Positions 1 through 12,900 of a stretch of DNA of 64,000 bases are shown here, piece by piece. The number at the start of each line of letters is the position of its first letter. Positions within the stretch are counted from its first letter, which is position 1. The notes under the pieces were generated by a model. That model was not told the DNA's origin, made no database searches, and saw only the letters and a program-made list of their open reading frames with translations. Location of the stretch: the NCBI GenBank assembly GCA_030141605.1, contig JAQGDQ010000123.1, forward strand, positions 515,717 to 579,716. Reading direction: 5' to 3'. This stretch comes from Tubiluchus corallicola (Eukaryota > Animalia > Priapulida). Position numbers and translations under genes: made by a program.

Positions 1-2647
1 ATATGCTCCTGTGGCAGTACCGGGGTTGATATAAAATTTGCCTTCATGTTCAAATGCCTCGAACTTGTGGGTGTGTCCGCTAATTAAAATATCAACGTCA
101 AGCTGTCTCTGTAAGAAAATTGATAATTAATATGGAAGTTCACAACGAATGGAACAAATGACAAGGTAAATAACTGCTACAGTTTAAAATGTTACTAGAA
201 AGTCGTAAATTATTTCTTTCAGTAAAAGCGTACTATAGTTATACATGCAAGTCATTTTGTACACTTACTTTTATTAATGCTCGAGTATTCTTCAAAATAT
301 TAATAAGCCAATTAATTTGTTAACCAATTAATTAATCTAAGCAAGTAACTAATTAAAAAATTAGTGCTTTGTATTTAAAATTTTTGCAAAACCCACATTC
401 TAACGATTACGATAGCATTAAGCACATTGCTAAGTATTCAAAACACGAATGTTTGAAAATCAAAAGTACATCATTTATATACAATGTACTTTGCAATGTA
501 CAAATATATCTGTTGTACTGGACTTTTTCTATCATCATTATTACAGTTTTCTAGAAATATCTACCTTGGCTATTTTAAGTGTTTTCTGATGCCATCAGGG
601 CTAATTCATTCAATCAAGAATCGATCTGACCAAAATTAAAACCTCATTGCTTTCCAAATAATAGGCTGATGCTATCACAAGTGATAGACTAGTAACATAT
701 GCACTATATGCAGAAACAAAGTTTGTACAGAAGCCTACATATGTAGATCACTACTATGTATAATGCACATTTTGGGTGTAGTATCAGGAACTACTTTAAC
801 TATAAATCTTAACAACCTTTGCAGCATATGCAGTTGTCCTCTTCTCTTCAGTGTATTATAAAATAATGTAATAAGGGCTTGAAAGATGCTATACCTACCA
901 GGACAATATGTCACTCAATTTCTTAGTGCGTAGAATATCTTAAATTGCAATTAGCCTTTTCACAGTTTCAGCGATTGATGAAGATTGTGAAACAGTCAAA
1001 GGGTAAGTGAACCTAACAAAGTTATCTGAACCAAACAACGCATTTGCTTACACTTGACAACACCTTGAGGCCCATGCTGTTGTAGCAGCAGTTCTTGGCA
1101 TCAATATTTGTTTCCCTTATTTCATTAAACATGGATTGTTGCTGCTATTTTGTTAGGTGTTTTCATATAAGAATAAAATGCTAGTTTAAAACTATACACG
1201 TGTAGTATATAATAAAAATAACCATGTATTTCACCAGTTTCACCTACATATTGACACATGCATAAGGTCATGTGACCGTTGCAGTTAAGTAAGATGCTCT
1301 GGGTCCAGTTAACTTTTGATGTACAGTAACTGGGTGCGCACATAGCGAAACAGTGAAAAGGCTTATTGCCATGAACTAATTGATATGTAGCCGGGTTTGA
1401 GGTTAGAGGTGCTTGAAGCCCAAACCTTGATCAGGTTCCTCTCAATGACTTCAGATGTGGTGTGGTAGTGTGCGGTGTGGATAAGGTGTGTGGCTCAACG
1501 AGTTTGCAGTTGTTTTGATTCAATTACATTGAAAACCACTTAACTAGTATCATAATTGTATTGTTGTTATAATTATGAACAGCAATTTATTATTTCAAAA
1601 ATACCGAATGCATTGACTCATCAGTTCTTTAAGCAGATGATCCAGAAACATCATTTTTCTGCTCCTTGAAAACGGGTCCCTAACAACTAAATTAACACCA
1701 AGCCAGGAATAAACAAACAAATGAAATGAATATAATTTTGGGTATAAATTTTAGTTTTATTCCTACCTGAATTATTGCTAAACTTTCTGTATCACCCCAC
1801 GGCACGACTTGATGTCCATGACAGAGGCCAATCCTAAACTGACCTACAGTCACCACTTTCTGTTCAGGATAATTCAAATTCTGAAAAAAGATATTCGTCA
1901 AATTGTCACTATAGCTGGTTAAATAGTAATGACTTAGAGACTCTGAGATTAGAATATATAGATAATAAAACAGTACAGAAGACAGTAAAATAATGTTAGG
2001 CAAAAAGCTATACTGTTTGTTAATTCGCATCGTAAATTTCGAACATACCTCGTCAAAATCACCTCGTACTACATGAACATCACTAGCAAGTGTTTTCAAG
2101 TAATCAAAAGACTCCTTTGTGCACAGATTACCCGTGCAAAGAATGTGCTGAATCTTTCCAGGAACTAGTAGTTTCTTGAACTTTTGAGGTAGACTGTTGC
2201 ATCGATGTGGAATGTGCAGGTCTCCTAATACCAACACCAACTGAAATGTTAAAAACACATTTTGCACCAGTAATAATAATAATTATCATGTACTAATTAT
2301 TATAATATTAATAATAATTATTATGTAAGAAGAATAGTGGTACTGTTCTTCTGATCAAAAAAGAACTCACTGCACACAAGTTCATCTGGAAAGTATTGAC
2401 TCTGTGTGAATGTACTTAAATTACATCACAGATAAAACTGAGAACTTGAGTGATTTACCATCTTAGTGGTGCTAACGGTAAATAACATCTGTGGCTAATC
2501 TCAAGATTTTTATGTATCACTACTAGCTGGTGCTAAAAAAGGCCGCGGGCGATAGTACTTTTAATATAATTTTTTTAGAAAATAAGGCACATGTGAACAA
2601 AATATAATTAAAACAGGCGAATTATCTAACTAAAATAAACTCACCAT
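1..2647 (-). CDS. VPS29: Vacuolar protein sorting 29 (retromer/retriever subunit), 3'-partial; coding exons 2645-2647, 2049-2240, 1767-1880, 1-108 (continues beyond the left edge)
   Basis: Spliced translation M|[64 protein letters not shown]|[38 protein letters not shown]|[36 protein letters not shown] is nearly identical to metazoan VPS29 as I recall it. All introns are GT-AG and phase 0. The ATG-only first coding exon (ATG|GTGAGT) is as in vertebrates. Confidence 0.97.
947..1369. mobile_element. MITE-like element with about 22-bp terminal inverted repeats in VPS29 intron 3
   Basis: GCAATTAGCCTTTTCACAGTTTC at 947 pairs with GAAACAGTGAAAAGGCTTATTGC ending at 1369 (2 mismatches). No coding capacity. 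Confidence 0.55.
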
Positions 2648-3917
2648 AATTAAAAACGTTATAACGTTCAGTCGGTAGAGAACACGTTATGCTGTATGAA
2701 AACACCCACGTCTAACGTAACAGTGTTGCCGTCAAAATATCGTTTTCTCGCCAAATCATAACTAAAACGTCGCCAAGTTTGGCCAAAATTTGGCCAAAAT
2801 TTTAAACAATCATAAAAACTTTCAATATAAAAAACAACATATTAATTTCTTCGTGTCTTTTTCTGCGTAATATTTGTGCAGACTGCGTTACAAAAAATAA
2901 TGAAATAGTTAAATAAAAAAAATTGATAAAAGACAGACGTGCTGTATATACCTATTGAAGCTGCAGCAAAATTAAATATTGAAAGAATACTGACTTCAAT
3001 ATTAATTGATTATTAACATTTTCATTCATTGAATTTCTATTTCGAACGGAAATATTCATAAATTATTTCTATTAAAACACTTGGATTGCAACAACTTAAC
3101 TGTTTTACAGCAGATATATAATATAGCTGGTGTATCCTGTATGTCAACGACAGTGAACATCTCATCTGATGTCGGAATGATTTATGTAGTAAACGATCCA
3201 AATCTAGATGCCAACTTTTCTGTTTGAGAATTAACTGAAACTATAAATAGATTATTTTAGAGTCTGTACTATATTTATTGCCCCCAGTAGGCATCGTTCA
3301 ATATGCAATAGCATACATTCCTAAAGTGAATCGTAATTATGTGTAACAGAGTTCTAAAATTAAGGTAGATAGGTTGCACTAGATTATTAATGTTCTGTGT
3401 CTATCTGACAGATAGTGTAGACACAAAGGAAACAACAATTGAGTTGCATTACTTTTTTATTCGTACTGAATTGTTATACAATTGAGCCAAAGTAAAATTT
3501 ATTTCACTCTAACTTAGTCGAACTCAAGTTTCGAATAGCTTCTTTCTCAAAATGTATTATAGCCTTAACCTCCTAACTCTAGCAATTAATAAAAATCAAT
3601 AGAATCGAACAATCAATTAAATAGCGCTAAAAGAGGCTAATTACCTAATATTACCTACTTGGCAATACTTGAAGAAAGTTGTGAAATTGAACTATAGATG
3701 GCGCAAACGTTGCAAACACAGAGCTCATTGCTCACTGGGTACAGTACGATTATCGTACACTTTATTGATTTAGAAATTTGTCAGTGTATGTCTTTACGTC
3801 GTGTCTTGTTGTCAATAATTACATCGTTTTCTTGTGTACTTTAGCAAAAGTTTTATGTAATTAATCCATTATCTGGGATCTTCTGGTGTTGTGTGTATCT
3901 TGCTGTATGCGACAAAA
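2648..3917. promoter_or_regulatory. Divergent (head-to-head) promoter region of VPS29 and the SEC14L gene
   Basis: The start codons diverge 1.27 kb apart (2647 minus, 3918 plus). CpG is locally enriched near both ends, and there is a CTCF-core-like TAGATGGCGC at 3695-3704. Transcription starts cannot be read from the sequence. Confidence 0.6.
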
Positions 3918-6900
3918 ATGAGTGGTTATTTTGGGGACTTAAGTCCTACTCAATCTGAAACTTTAGCGGAGGTATTCGTTCAATTTTTCTTTTTCAGTGC
4001 ACGATTATTAATTTACACCGCCAGGTAGATACTATCAGTTATTATTTTACACCGCCAGGTGTTTGTAAATTATGTAGCTATCGCGCGGACGCTACAATAT
4101 TGTCAATAATTATGTTTTAGGCTACAGTTCTATGTGGTATTGGTGCTAACACCTAGTAATAGCGGTTTATGGGATGTGTGTGTGTTTCACATTATACAAT
4201 TCGTCATTTGGTTCGCCAAGTAGCTGAAAATATAATTTATTTTAAAATGTTCCGTAAAACATTAACTAATTTAAGAAATTAATTAAAATGCCAAAAATAA
4301 GCTACTGTCTAGCAGTATATAAGAAAGTCTGACCTTGGTAGAGAGGTGTGGGCAATATGATTGTCAACACGTAAAACACTTTTTAGAGAATTTGCATTTA
4401 AACTTGAAATTCGCTAATATAGAAAGTGTCGTCTAATTTGTCAATCATTATGTCAATCATTTTCGTTGACTGTCCAATCAGCGTGCAAGTTATTTCACGC
4501 ACCTGCAGAGCTTAATTAACGCAGGTACGTTCAGGACATTTAACCACAGCACTGTCTAACACTGTTATGAAAAATGCTCAACTTTTCATTAAGTGGGAGA
4601 AATATTGGCCTGGTTCTAAGTGTTATTATTGTCAATTGAAATTGCAAGTGAATTAGTGGAAATATATAGTCTAGTTTCATTTATAGGAAGAAATGCACAA
4701 CGCTTACGTCTGTGAGTTGTTGATTAAATCATTTTGCAATGAAGAAAATATGCAGTTTAGTTTAGTTTATGGCTTTGCAAGTTAGATAAAAACAACTATT
4801 TGATTAACTATAAATAAAGGCAAAACAAAATGTTCTCTTTTCTGGCCAGTTTTTATAAACCTCAATGAGATCGTCACACTCAAAATTAATTTAAATGTGG
4901 TCAAAACCTATATTATACATCAATGTAATATTAGTTAATTTTACGCTATTTTTCTGGTTGTAATCATGGTTAAAAGATGCCATTGGGACTCATGTAACTC
5001 GGACATTCAATATAAGGGTCGTCGATGGAATGGAATAATCAAATTTATTCTATTTCTGTAGCCTAACAAACGGAAAAATACAAAAACTGAATAAATCTTG
5101 CAGATGAGCACATGATCAGTTAATATAGAAAAATACATCGCAGGCATGATGGTATTCAAAGGCAAGAGAGACTTTTAATATTTTTGTTGCTCATTTATTT
5201 TAAAGCCATGCTAGCTGGCTTAGTCTCTTTATTATACTTATGTCTCTGTGTTTTGTAGTGCTTTAGAACTTCGTCTCTACATTCTGTTTAAATTTAAAAG
5301 TCATTTCCTTGGCTACTTGAAGTGTTAATTTTGTGTTAAAATAGCTGCTGCTTTGCAAATTTGTGTTTATGAAAAAGAGCAATCAGTTTATCTGCTGATT
5401 AGACATTAGTTGTGACTGTCACGTTGTTCAGGTCAGTTTAGTTTAGTTTAGACAGTTGTTATCCAGCGTGAGCTGTTTTTCCAAATGCCGCTGAGCGTGC
5501 TTACGTTACAGCGGAGGCAGAGCGATAGACCAATATGTTTGACGTCAATTGTGAAGGTGTACCGATTGTCCTACTATAGCGAGATGTTGTGAAAATATTT
5601 TGCATAGCGAGAAATATAGTAAGTTCTCGCTTAACAACCACTAATTTGGATTAATGTGTTCCAGTAAAAACACGAAGTTAGGCAAAACGTCTTTAAATGA
5701 TGCATATCTTCTATAGAAAGTAATGTAAAAGTGTTGAGATATATTCAATGGAGAAAATTAATGAGGCTTAACTCAGGTAAGTTAAACGTTTTGAGTTTTA
5801 TGAGTTTTTGACTTTTCTGAAAATTTTCATAAAGACGCTAGTTGCTATAGCTACAGGTTGTAGGCAGAATTCCTGTGCATAAAGTTTCACACAGGTGCCT
5901 GGAGACGTAACTGTAGGTAAAAATGGTTTTAACATTTGGCAGCGTGTTGGGAAGCAAAAGCAAATAATATTGTGCTATTGTACTTTACTAGCTGTGTTTT
6001 AGAATAAAGATTTAAAAGTTTTAGATTTAAAACTACAAAGTTGATATGATGCACATCTATGACATTATTTGATACTTTTCACCTTCTTTGGCTTTTATGG
6101 ATTTTTTAGATGCCTCTATTTTTGTGCTCGATTTTCATTTAGTTAGTGTATTTTCTTATCATAACAGCACTTGCTTATGCCACTGGCATAAATTTGGAGT
6201 TTAACCTTTTAGTCTGTGCTGCTGTGTCAACAAATCAGTTGCTATTAATTTGCATTGACATTCTTAATCTTGATCGGGAGATACTGATGGTGTCTGAAAG
6301 TGCGAAAATCTTGCATGTGATTATGACCAAAGATCAACAAGTTCTTCTTTGACGTTCTTAAGCTGCTAACAGCCTAAATACATGACACAGGAAGTGGTTT
6401 AGAACAATGCATGTGTTTGAATTGTCATTGCAAATATATTTACAAACAGTAGTACCACAGTTGCATAATAGCATTATAACTTTTATAATTTTCATTACAG
6501 TAGAGATTTTAATAACAAATAATGATGAAAAATTTCCTGAAATGCAAAATATATGCAGGTAAATGATGAGGGAAATGTGGTTACTAATCGTATGACGAGC
6601 ATTAGGTGATTCATGTGTCAAATTATCAGTTACTCTAAGAGATAATCAAATCTAAAGCGTAACTTTGTTTTTGTGTTGGAAAAGCAACATGTTGTGATAA
6701 ACCAAAAGAATCTTTAAAAAAATACAAAGGTAGCAGCAGTTTTGCCATTTGTACAATCAACATGAAAGTTAAAATTGCCCACTATTAAAGGTCTGCACTA
6801 GCTTTATGAAGAAGGTGGGAAAACTCGTCAAAAATCAGAGTAGGTGAATATCTGGTATAAGTTAGATGTCCATAATCTAGATACAATCAGTAATCAGCAC

Positions 6901-9900
6901 AGATATATTTTTACACATCACAAGTGCTTCCAAATATGCAATGACTTGACCTTTGTTCTCAGAAAAGCTTTATCTGGTGTTAACGTTGAAAGATTGTGGA
7001 GTGCAAAAATGCATTACTCTGTAAACTGTAAAATTGTTCACAGGTCGATACAAAGTGGTCTCTAAAGCGTGGTCATCTTATCGTCACATTTATCTTTGAA
7101 AACTACTGGAGGCCACAGTTTACACTGTAGGAGGCTGAAGTTTGCACGAAGTTGGTGCGGACCATTGTGCAGAGCCCGATTTTTCAATTTTGAGGATTCT
7201 CTCAAATAAATGGTTCTTTTTAACGTTATTACGTCGTTGGGTTTTTTTCGTAAATGGATCTCCTTCAACACTGTTATTAATTTTTTTGTGAAAAACTGAT
7301 TCCACGGTAACCATAAATGCTTTCTATGATTTTTTTATTGTAGCTATCAAATTTTACGAGAAGTAACTTTTGTTTTTCCTTTGACACGGAATTAGTTTTT
7401 TAGTGGTATAATATTATTGTTATATATCATTGTGGATAACTATGGAAAACACTAGAAATAGACTCTTGTTAGGGGGGGGGGGGAGTTGAGCAATTAATAT
7501 TTGTGTTAAAAAACTAAACATGTGCCTACGTATCCAGATAACTGCACAAAGAAAGTATCTGCTTTCACATATAGGAATGTTCAAAGTATAATAATGTAAA
7601 CATACATTTTTAGTTTCAGCAATTTAGTCTAAACGTTTCATGCGTGCCGGTATCATTAAGCTTTAATTTGTGTTTTTCTGAGATCTTGAATAGGAGGCTT
7701 GATTTTCCACTAAAGCCCCAGTTTTCCAAGTTTCTTCAGTTACGTATGGGCTACTCTAAACTTAACTATACCATCTTCATAAAATTGGAGGCGCTAATTC
7801 TTCACTCTGTGAGTGTGGTTTAGTGAATTCTAGCTTTAGTGAACATTTTTTGTCCGAGTGTGTGCTTTATTCTAATCAAAGGGATATACTGTTATACAAC
7901 ATTGCCAGGCATACTGGCTTGTCTAATTTCAAGCTAGTAGATATATTGTCAGATATAGAAGATGCTGACCCAAGAGATTTTGATTTTGAAGCGATAATTG
8001 AAGGTCTTGTTTTATAGACAGCACTGAACGTTTAAGCAAACGGACACCATTTCAGTGTTAGAGTCACATTGCCATGTACTCCTTTTTCAGTTTTTGTGAG
8101 GAAATTTTCCCTTTTGATAAATAGCTCCTATTGTGTTGATTGAAACATCTGCGTGAACATTTCGTCCACAGATTTTGATGTGGAGAAAAAGCTTTATATA
8201 AGAAGCTACCTGTTATTCTTTTTTCAGTTTAAAACTCAAGTAAGGGATATAGCAAGGCCAGAATGGGATGACTACTATTACCTTCGATGGCTGAGAGGTA
8301 TGCTAATAATTAACGAATACCAATAATAGATGACATCACTTTTATTAGTTTCACATCCTGAGTTTAAAATTAAAATAAACTTTGTTTTATACAAATCGTG
8401 GTTGAAGAATCCTTAGAAGAATTAGTTAGAATATGTATAAATGAAAAAGTTATTTCTCCCATTGACCATCATTTTGCTACCTTATGAAAGTTTGTGATTT
8501 GACTGGCAGTGGTTTTGTCTATTATGACTGACACGTTACCCGCTAACTAATATCGATAATTAGGTTTTAGTGAAACTGATGTACCTTTGCTATATTCAGG
8601 TATCTATTTGACGAAAATGACTGACGAAATGACATCAAAAAATGTTGTCCATAATTTGTCCATTGATCCCTTTAGTTGTAAAAAACTCATTTAATTATCA
8701 TTAAATCCACTTCAAAATTTCTATTTCAGCACGAGACTTTGAACTGAAGAAATCGGAGTTGATGCTTAGAAATGTAAGAATTCCACTTTTTAATATGGTG
8801 TCTGAAGATTGTAATGACACACATTTAATTCTTAATGATAGGTAGATAAAACCACCCTAAAAGCAGCCAAGGTTTTAATAATTATATACACGATGTACCT
8901 GCTTAGTTTATATTATCTTATAGAAATGTAAACATGTTTCAAAGGTTTTGGACCTACAACCAAAGATTAAGATTAAAATTGTTTATTTATCAGCTTTAAG
9001 TTTGACAGTGCATAATAAACAAAACAGTAATTTTGACAATTTTACATACTAATCAGTATTTGCTAGTAGCTTACTTCATGTTAAAATTAAAGTTAATCAT
9101 ATGGAGAAAGGGTGGTGAACAACCACACAGTCAACTAAGTCAGCCACCCCAAAGTCGGCCTTATTTTGTAATGTACTGGTAATATGGTGTATGAAATGGC
9201 ATTTCATAATATTGTTTATGTGTTTGTAACAATAGAAAATTGCACTACCATTAGTAGCTTTGTGATATACATTAACAACACACAGTATGCATTATCTGTC
9301 TAACTTATATGTAATAAACATTCAGCTTTCCTTTGTAGGATGTCATTTGGCGAAAGCAGATTAATGCTGACAAACTATTGGAAGAATACAAAGTTCCAGA
9401 GGTACTGATCTTTGGGCATTGATAAATATCTTACATAATTTTCATATCATTTCTCTTGCTAACTGCAAAGACTGGGCCTTAATGCAGCATTACTGTGTGT
9501 GTAAGAAAAATGTATTATGGTCTGTGAATAGAAATTCTAATTTTTTTAAAATGTTGTTTTCTAGATAAACAGTCATTAAGGGTGCTGTGTTACTCTGAGT
9601 GGTTTAACGTTTGTTCCTTAAATTTATTAAAGTTATCCGTGTATTACTTGATCGTTAATGATTGATAGTACCATAAGTATTATGACATAGCTTTCCATTT
9701 ACTCTTCCACGTGTTATACATTACTATTTACAATGTTGCAATAATTGCTAAGCTTTACATCAAGTGGACTTAGGGGATTAGCTATCGCTGCTTGTGTTTT
9801 CTCAGGTACAAAACATAAATTAGGACATAGAGGATAATGCAAATGCCAAGCTCGCTTAACACCCAAATTTTTAGCAAAACAAAATATCCGTATTTGCATA

Positions 9901-12900
9901 GACACATATGTATCAATCAACTCATTAGAATATCGGATTCGCTATTATGCCAACTTTTTTTTAGTCCCAAATAAGGTGTAAAGATTTCTGAACGTATATG
10001 TTTCTGCTCAATAAATAACGGTATAATGCTTCTGAATTACCAGTAAACTATGACCAGTCAGCAACGTCATCCGTATTTCGATAACGGACATGTGCAAATG
10101 CAACCCAAGTCGAGCTGATGCTCATATGCTGGCAACTTGAAGTGTAGGGCAAATAACCATGAATAGTTTTGCTTTGAGTTGACAAGCAACCATTAAATGT
10201 GCAGCATTTTGCTGAGGAATTAGTATTTCTTTTGCTAAAGATCTAAGAGAACAAAAAAAAGTTGCTGCTTGAAAAGTTACTCCACTTTTCATTTTACTAT
10301 AAGTTTAAGTTACAACACGATCACATTCTACTGTGAGTTGATTGCTTGTACAGTAGTGATGTGTCATGTGAGCAAGTTGCTTACGACTGTTCCTGCTTTC
10401 CGTAATAAAATTTCTCATAACAAAATGGAGTGCCCATTCTTATGGTCTGCAGCAGCTACAAAATCAGAAGTGACAATCTCAATATTAATTTGCTGCCACA
10501 CAAGTGAAGTTCAGTGGATAAGATGTCACTTAAGCGACAAAATCTTTAACTTGTGAAAAAAGCGTAAAAGTTATTATATGAGTAGTTTAAATTTTGGGCT
10601 TTCTATTCGAAAGTATACCTGTGTCTAGTCAGATGCCATCACACGTAAATTCTTACCAAATTTATGAGGGATAATGGGATTACGTTATATGTGCCAAGGC
10701 GATCTTTGCAGATATCCTAACATGCGCAATTATAAAATTATCGGTTCCAGCTGTCAGTCCTTCTGTCTCCATTTTTTCTTGGCTCTGGAGTAATGTTGGA
10801 AGTTGATACTTTGCACAGTGGTAGGGCAAGGTTCAAGCTTAGAGCTTGTAGATTTTGGGGTCATGTGGCACAAATATGAATTTTTTTACTCTTCACATTT
10901 ATCGATGTTCTACAATATTACCTATCACCCAGGTATATTTGATATATAAATTTTAGTGACATCAAAATTGATTTATGATTCATTAGCAACGCAGTCAGTA
11001 AAATATATTAAGCCCTTACAATGGTGTCTACGTTTCTTCACAGTCATTACTATAATGTCTTTTGGATTAATATTACAATCCAATGCAGAAGATACATTTT
11101 AGTTAAAATAAATTTTGAATCTGGATCTAGATTTAACGTGAAATATATTATGATTATGATACCATATTGTGATAGTGGCTGTACAGAGGTTTAGTACATT
11201 TTAAGTGGAGGCCACTATACATGTCAATTGCAGTACCTAGCCTCGACGTACATTGATTTCATCGGGCAACTATGCCTATGTACTGAGACTCCAGCTAAAG
11301 ATGCTGTTGTCTTAAATTTTGTAAAACGAATGTATTTGACAATTATTTTGCATTTCAATCACGAATGATGTCAATTCTCAACTTGTGTGTAGTTTCTGGA
11401 AAGCCTTGTTATATTTCTTGTGATAGGACATAGGAAACTAGAACTAATTTTTCCATTTAATTTGTCACTACAGTATAGTATAATATGATTATCAATGTAA
11501 CATAGGGTAGCACCTGATTATTGTTTTAAGCTGTGTGCATAGGCTAGTGATAAATCCATTTTTCAAGTATTTTTCTAAGTTGTGGGTACAAGGCTACAAG
11601 CACTTCGTTTGCTGAATAAACTGTCATGTAAACAGTTTGGAATTTTAATATAAGAAAGTCGGATTGATTTCTTGATACAAAAATTAATGATTTCTGCAGG
11701 TTTTGCTAAAATACTCTCCAAAAGGAATATGCGGAGAAGATAGGGAAGGCCATCCTGTCATGTACTATTATTTTGATCTGGATCTAAAAGGTAAACGCAG
11801 GCATGTCCATTAGTTAATTGCATTGCTTTGTACTATTTTAATAGCTGCACAAATAAAGATGCATTAGCTGAAAGCTTGAGCTCAGTCTTGAAGTCCTGTT
11901 CGAATTCTTTCTTTGGCATAGAGGAGTATGCCATAACTATTGTCATAATTAAGGATAACTGTCTCGGTCTAAATATGAGTTAATCCAATTATACAGTGTT
12001 GTGTTGTGCTATTACTGATTGGATTGATTTTTTTCCTACTGCTGCTGAGTAAATTGTGATTTTGGGGTTTGTGTGTGCATGCGTGAATGAATGAATGAAT
12101 GAGTGAATGAATGAACTAAAACTTGTTACTAGTTAAATTACTTTTAATATTTTAAGGTTTTTGAATGACTGAATTTATAAAGGAATTGAAATTTGTTATT
12201 GATCAAAGTATGTTTATGCTAGTACTGGATAATATGTGAAAAGTGACATAATATTATAATGTGTTTTGCATGAAATATACAGTCTGCTATAAGGAATCAT
12301 TCTATATTTTAGTGGATGCATTATATCAATTAGTTCATAATTTTGCATTTATCTTAGGCATGGTACACTCTGCTACTAGAAATGATGCACTAAAGTCCAT
12401 GGCTCATGAACTTGAAAAAATGTACAAAGCCATGGAAGCGCAATCAAAAAAGGTAGGTGTATATATGTTGGAATGAAAACATTTTGTAAAAAAATTCCCT
12501 GCAACATGTTGTATTTTTGTTTATACCTGCTAAGTAACCTCTTACTGAATATTCTAAACCATGTATAAGTCAGTTCTTTACCTTAATATGCCAAATGTTT
12601 TGTTTTTAAGAGTGTTAAGTATCAATAAGTGTTTTAAACATAATTAATATAATTGCTCACATATAAATTTTTATTGATAAAATTACTGTCAGTATGTGGA
12701 ATATCTGAAATGACATTTGCCAACTACTTACTTTCGTTATTGCAAAGTCATACGTAACCTGTATCATATTCTTTGTTATATTTTTTTCTTAGCACGATAA
12801 GAAAATAGAGGGCATTACAGTTGTGTTTGACCTAGAGAATCTTGCCCTGAAACATGTTACATACAAGCCTGGTATGTATGATGTCTGAGGTAGATGAGTG

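Noticed and set aside
109-1766. Intronic snoRNA in VPS29 intron 3
   Set aside because: No convincing C/D box pair or H/ACA hairpin pair seen on the host strand.
2459-2471. Second possible VPS29 microexon (TTAG|CACCACTAAGATG|GTAAAT)
   Set aside because: 13 nt, frame-shifting with an in-frame stop, and a weak polypyrimidine tract.
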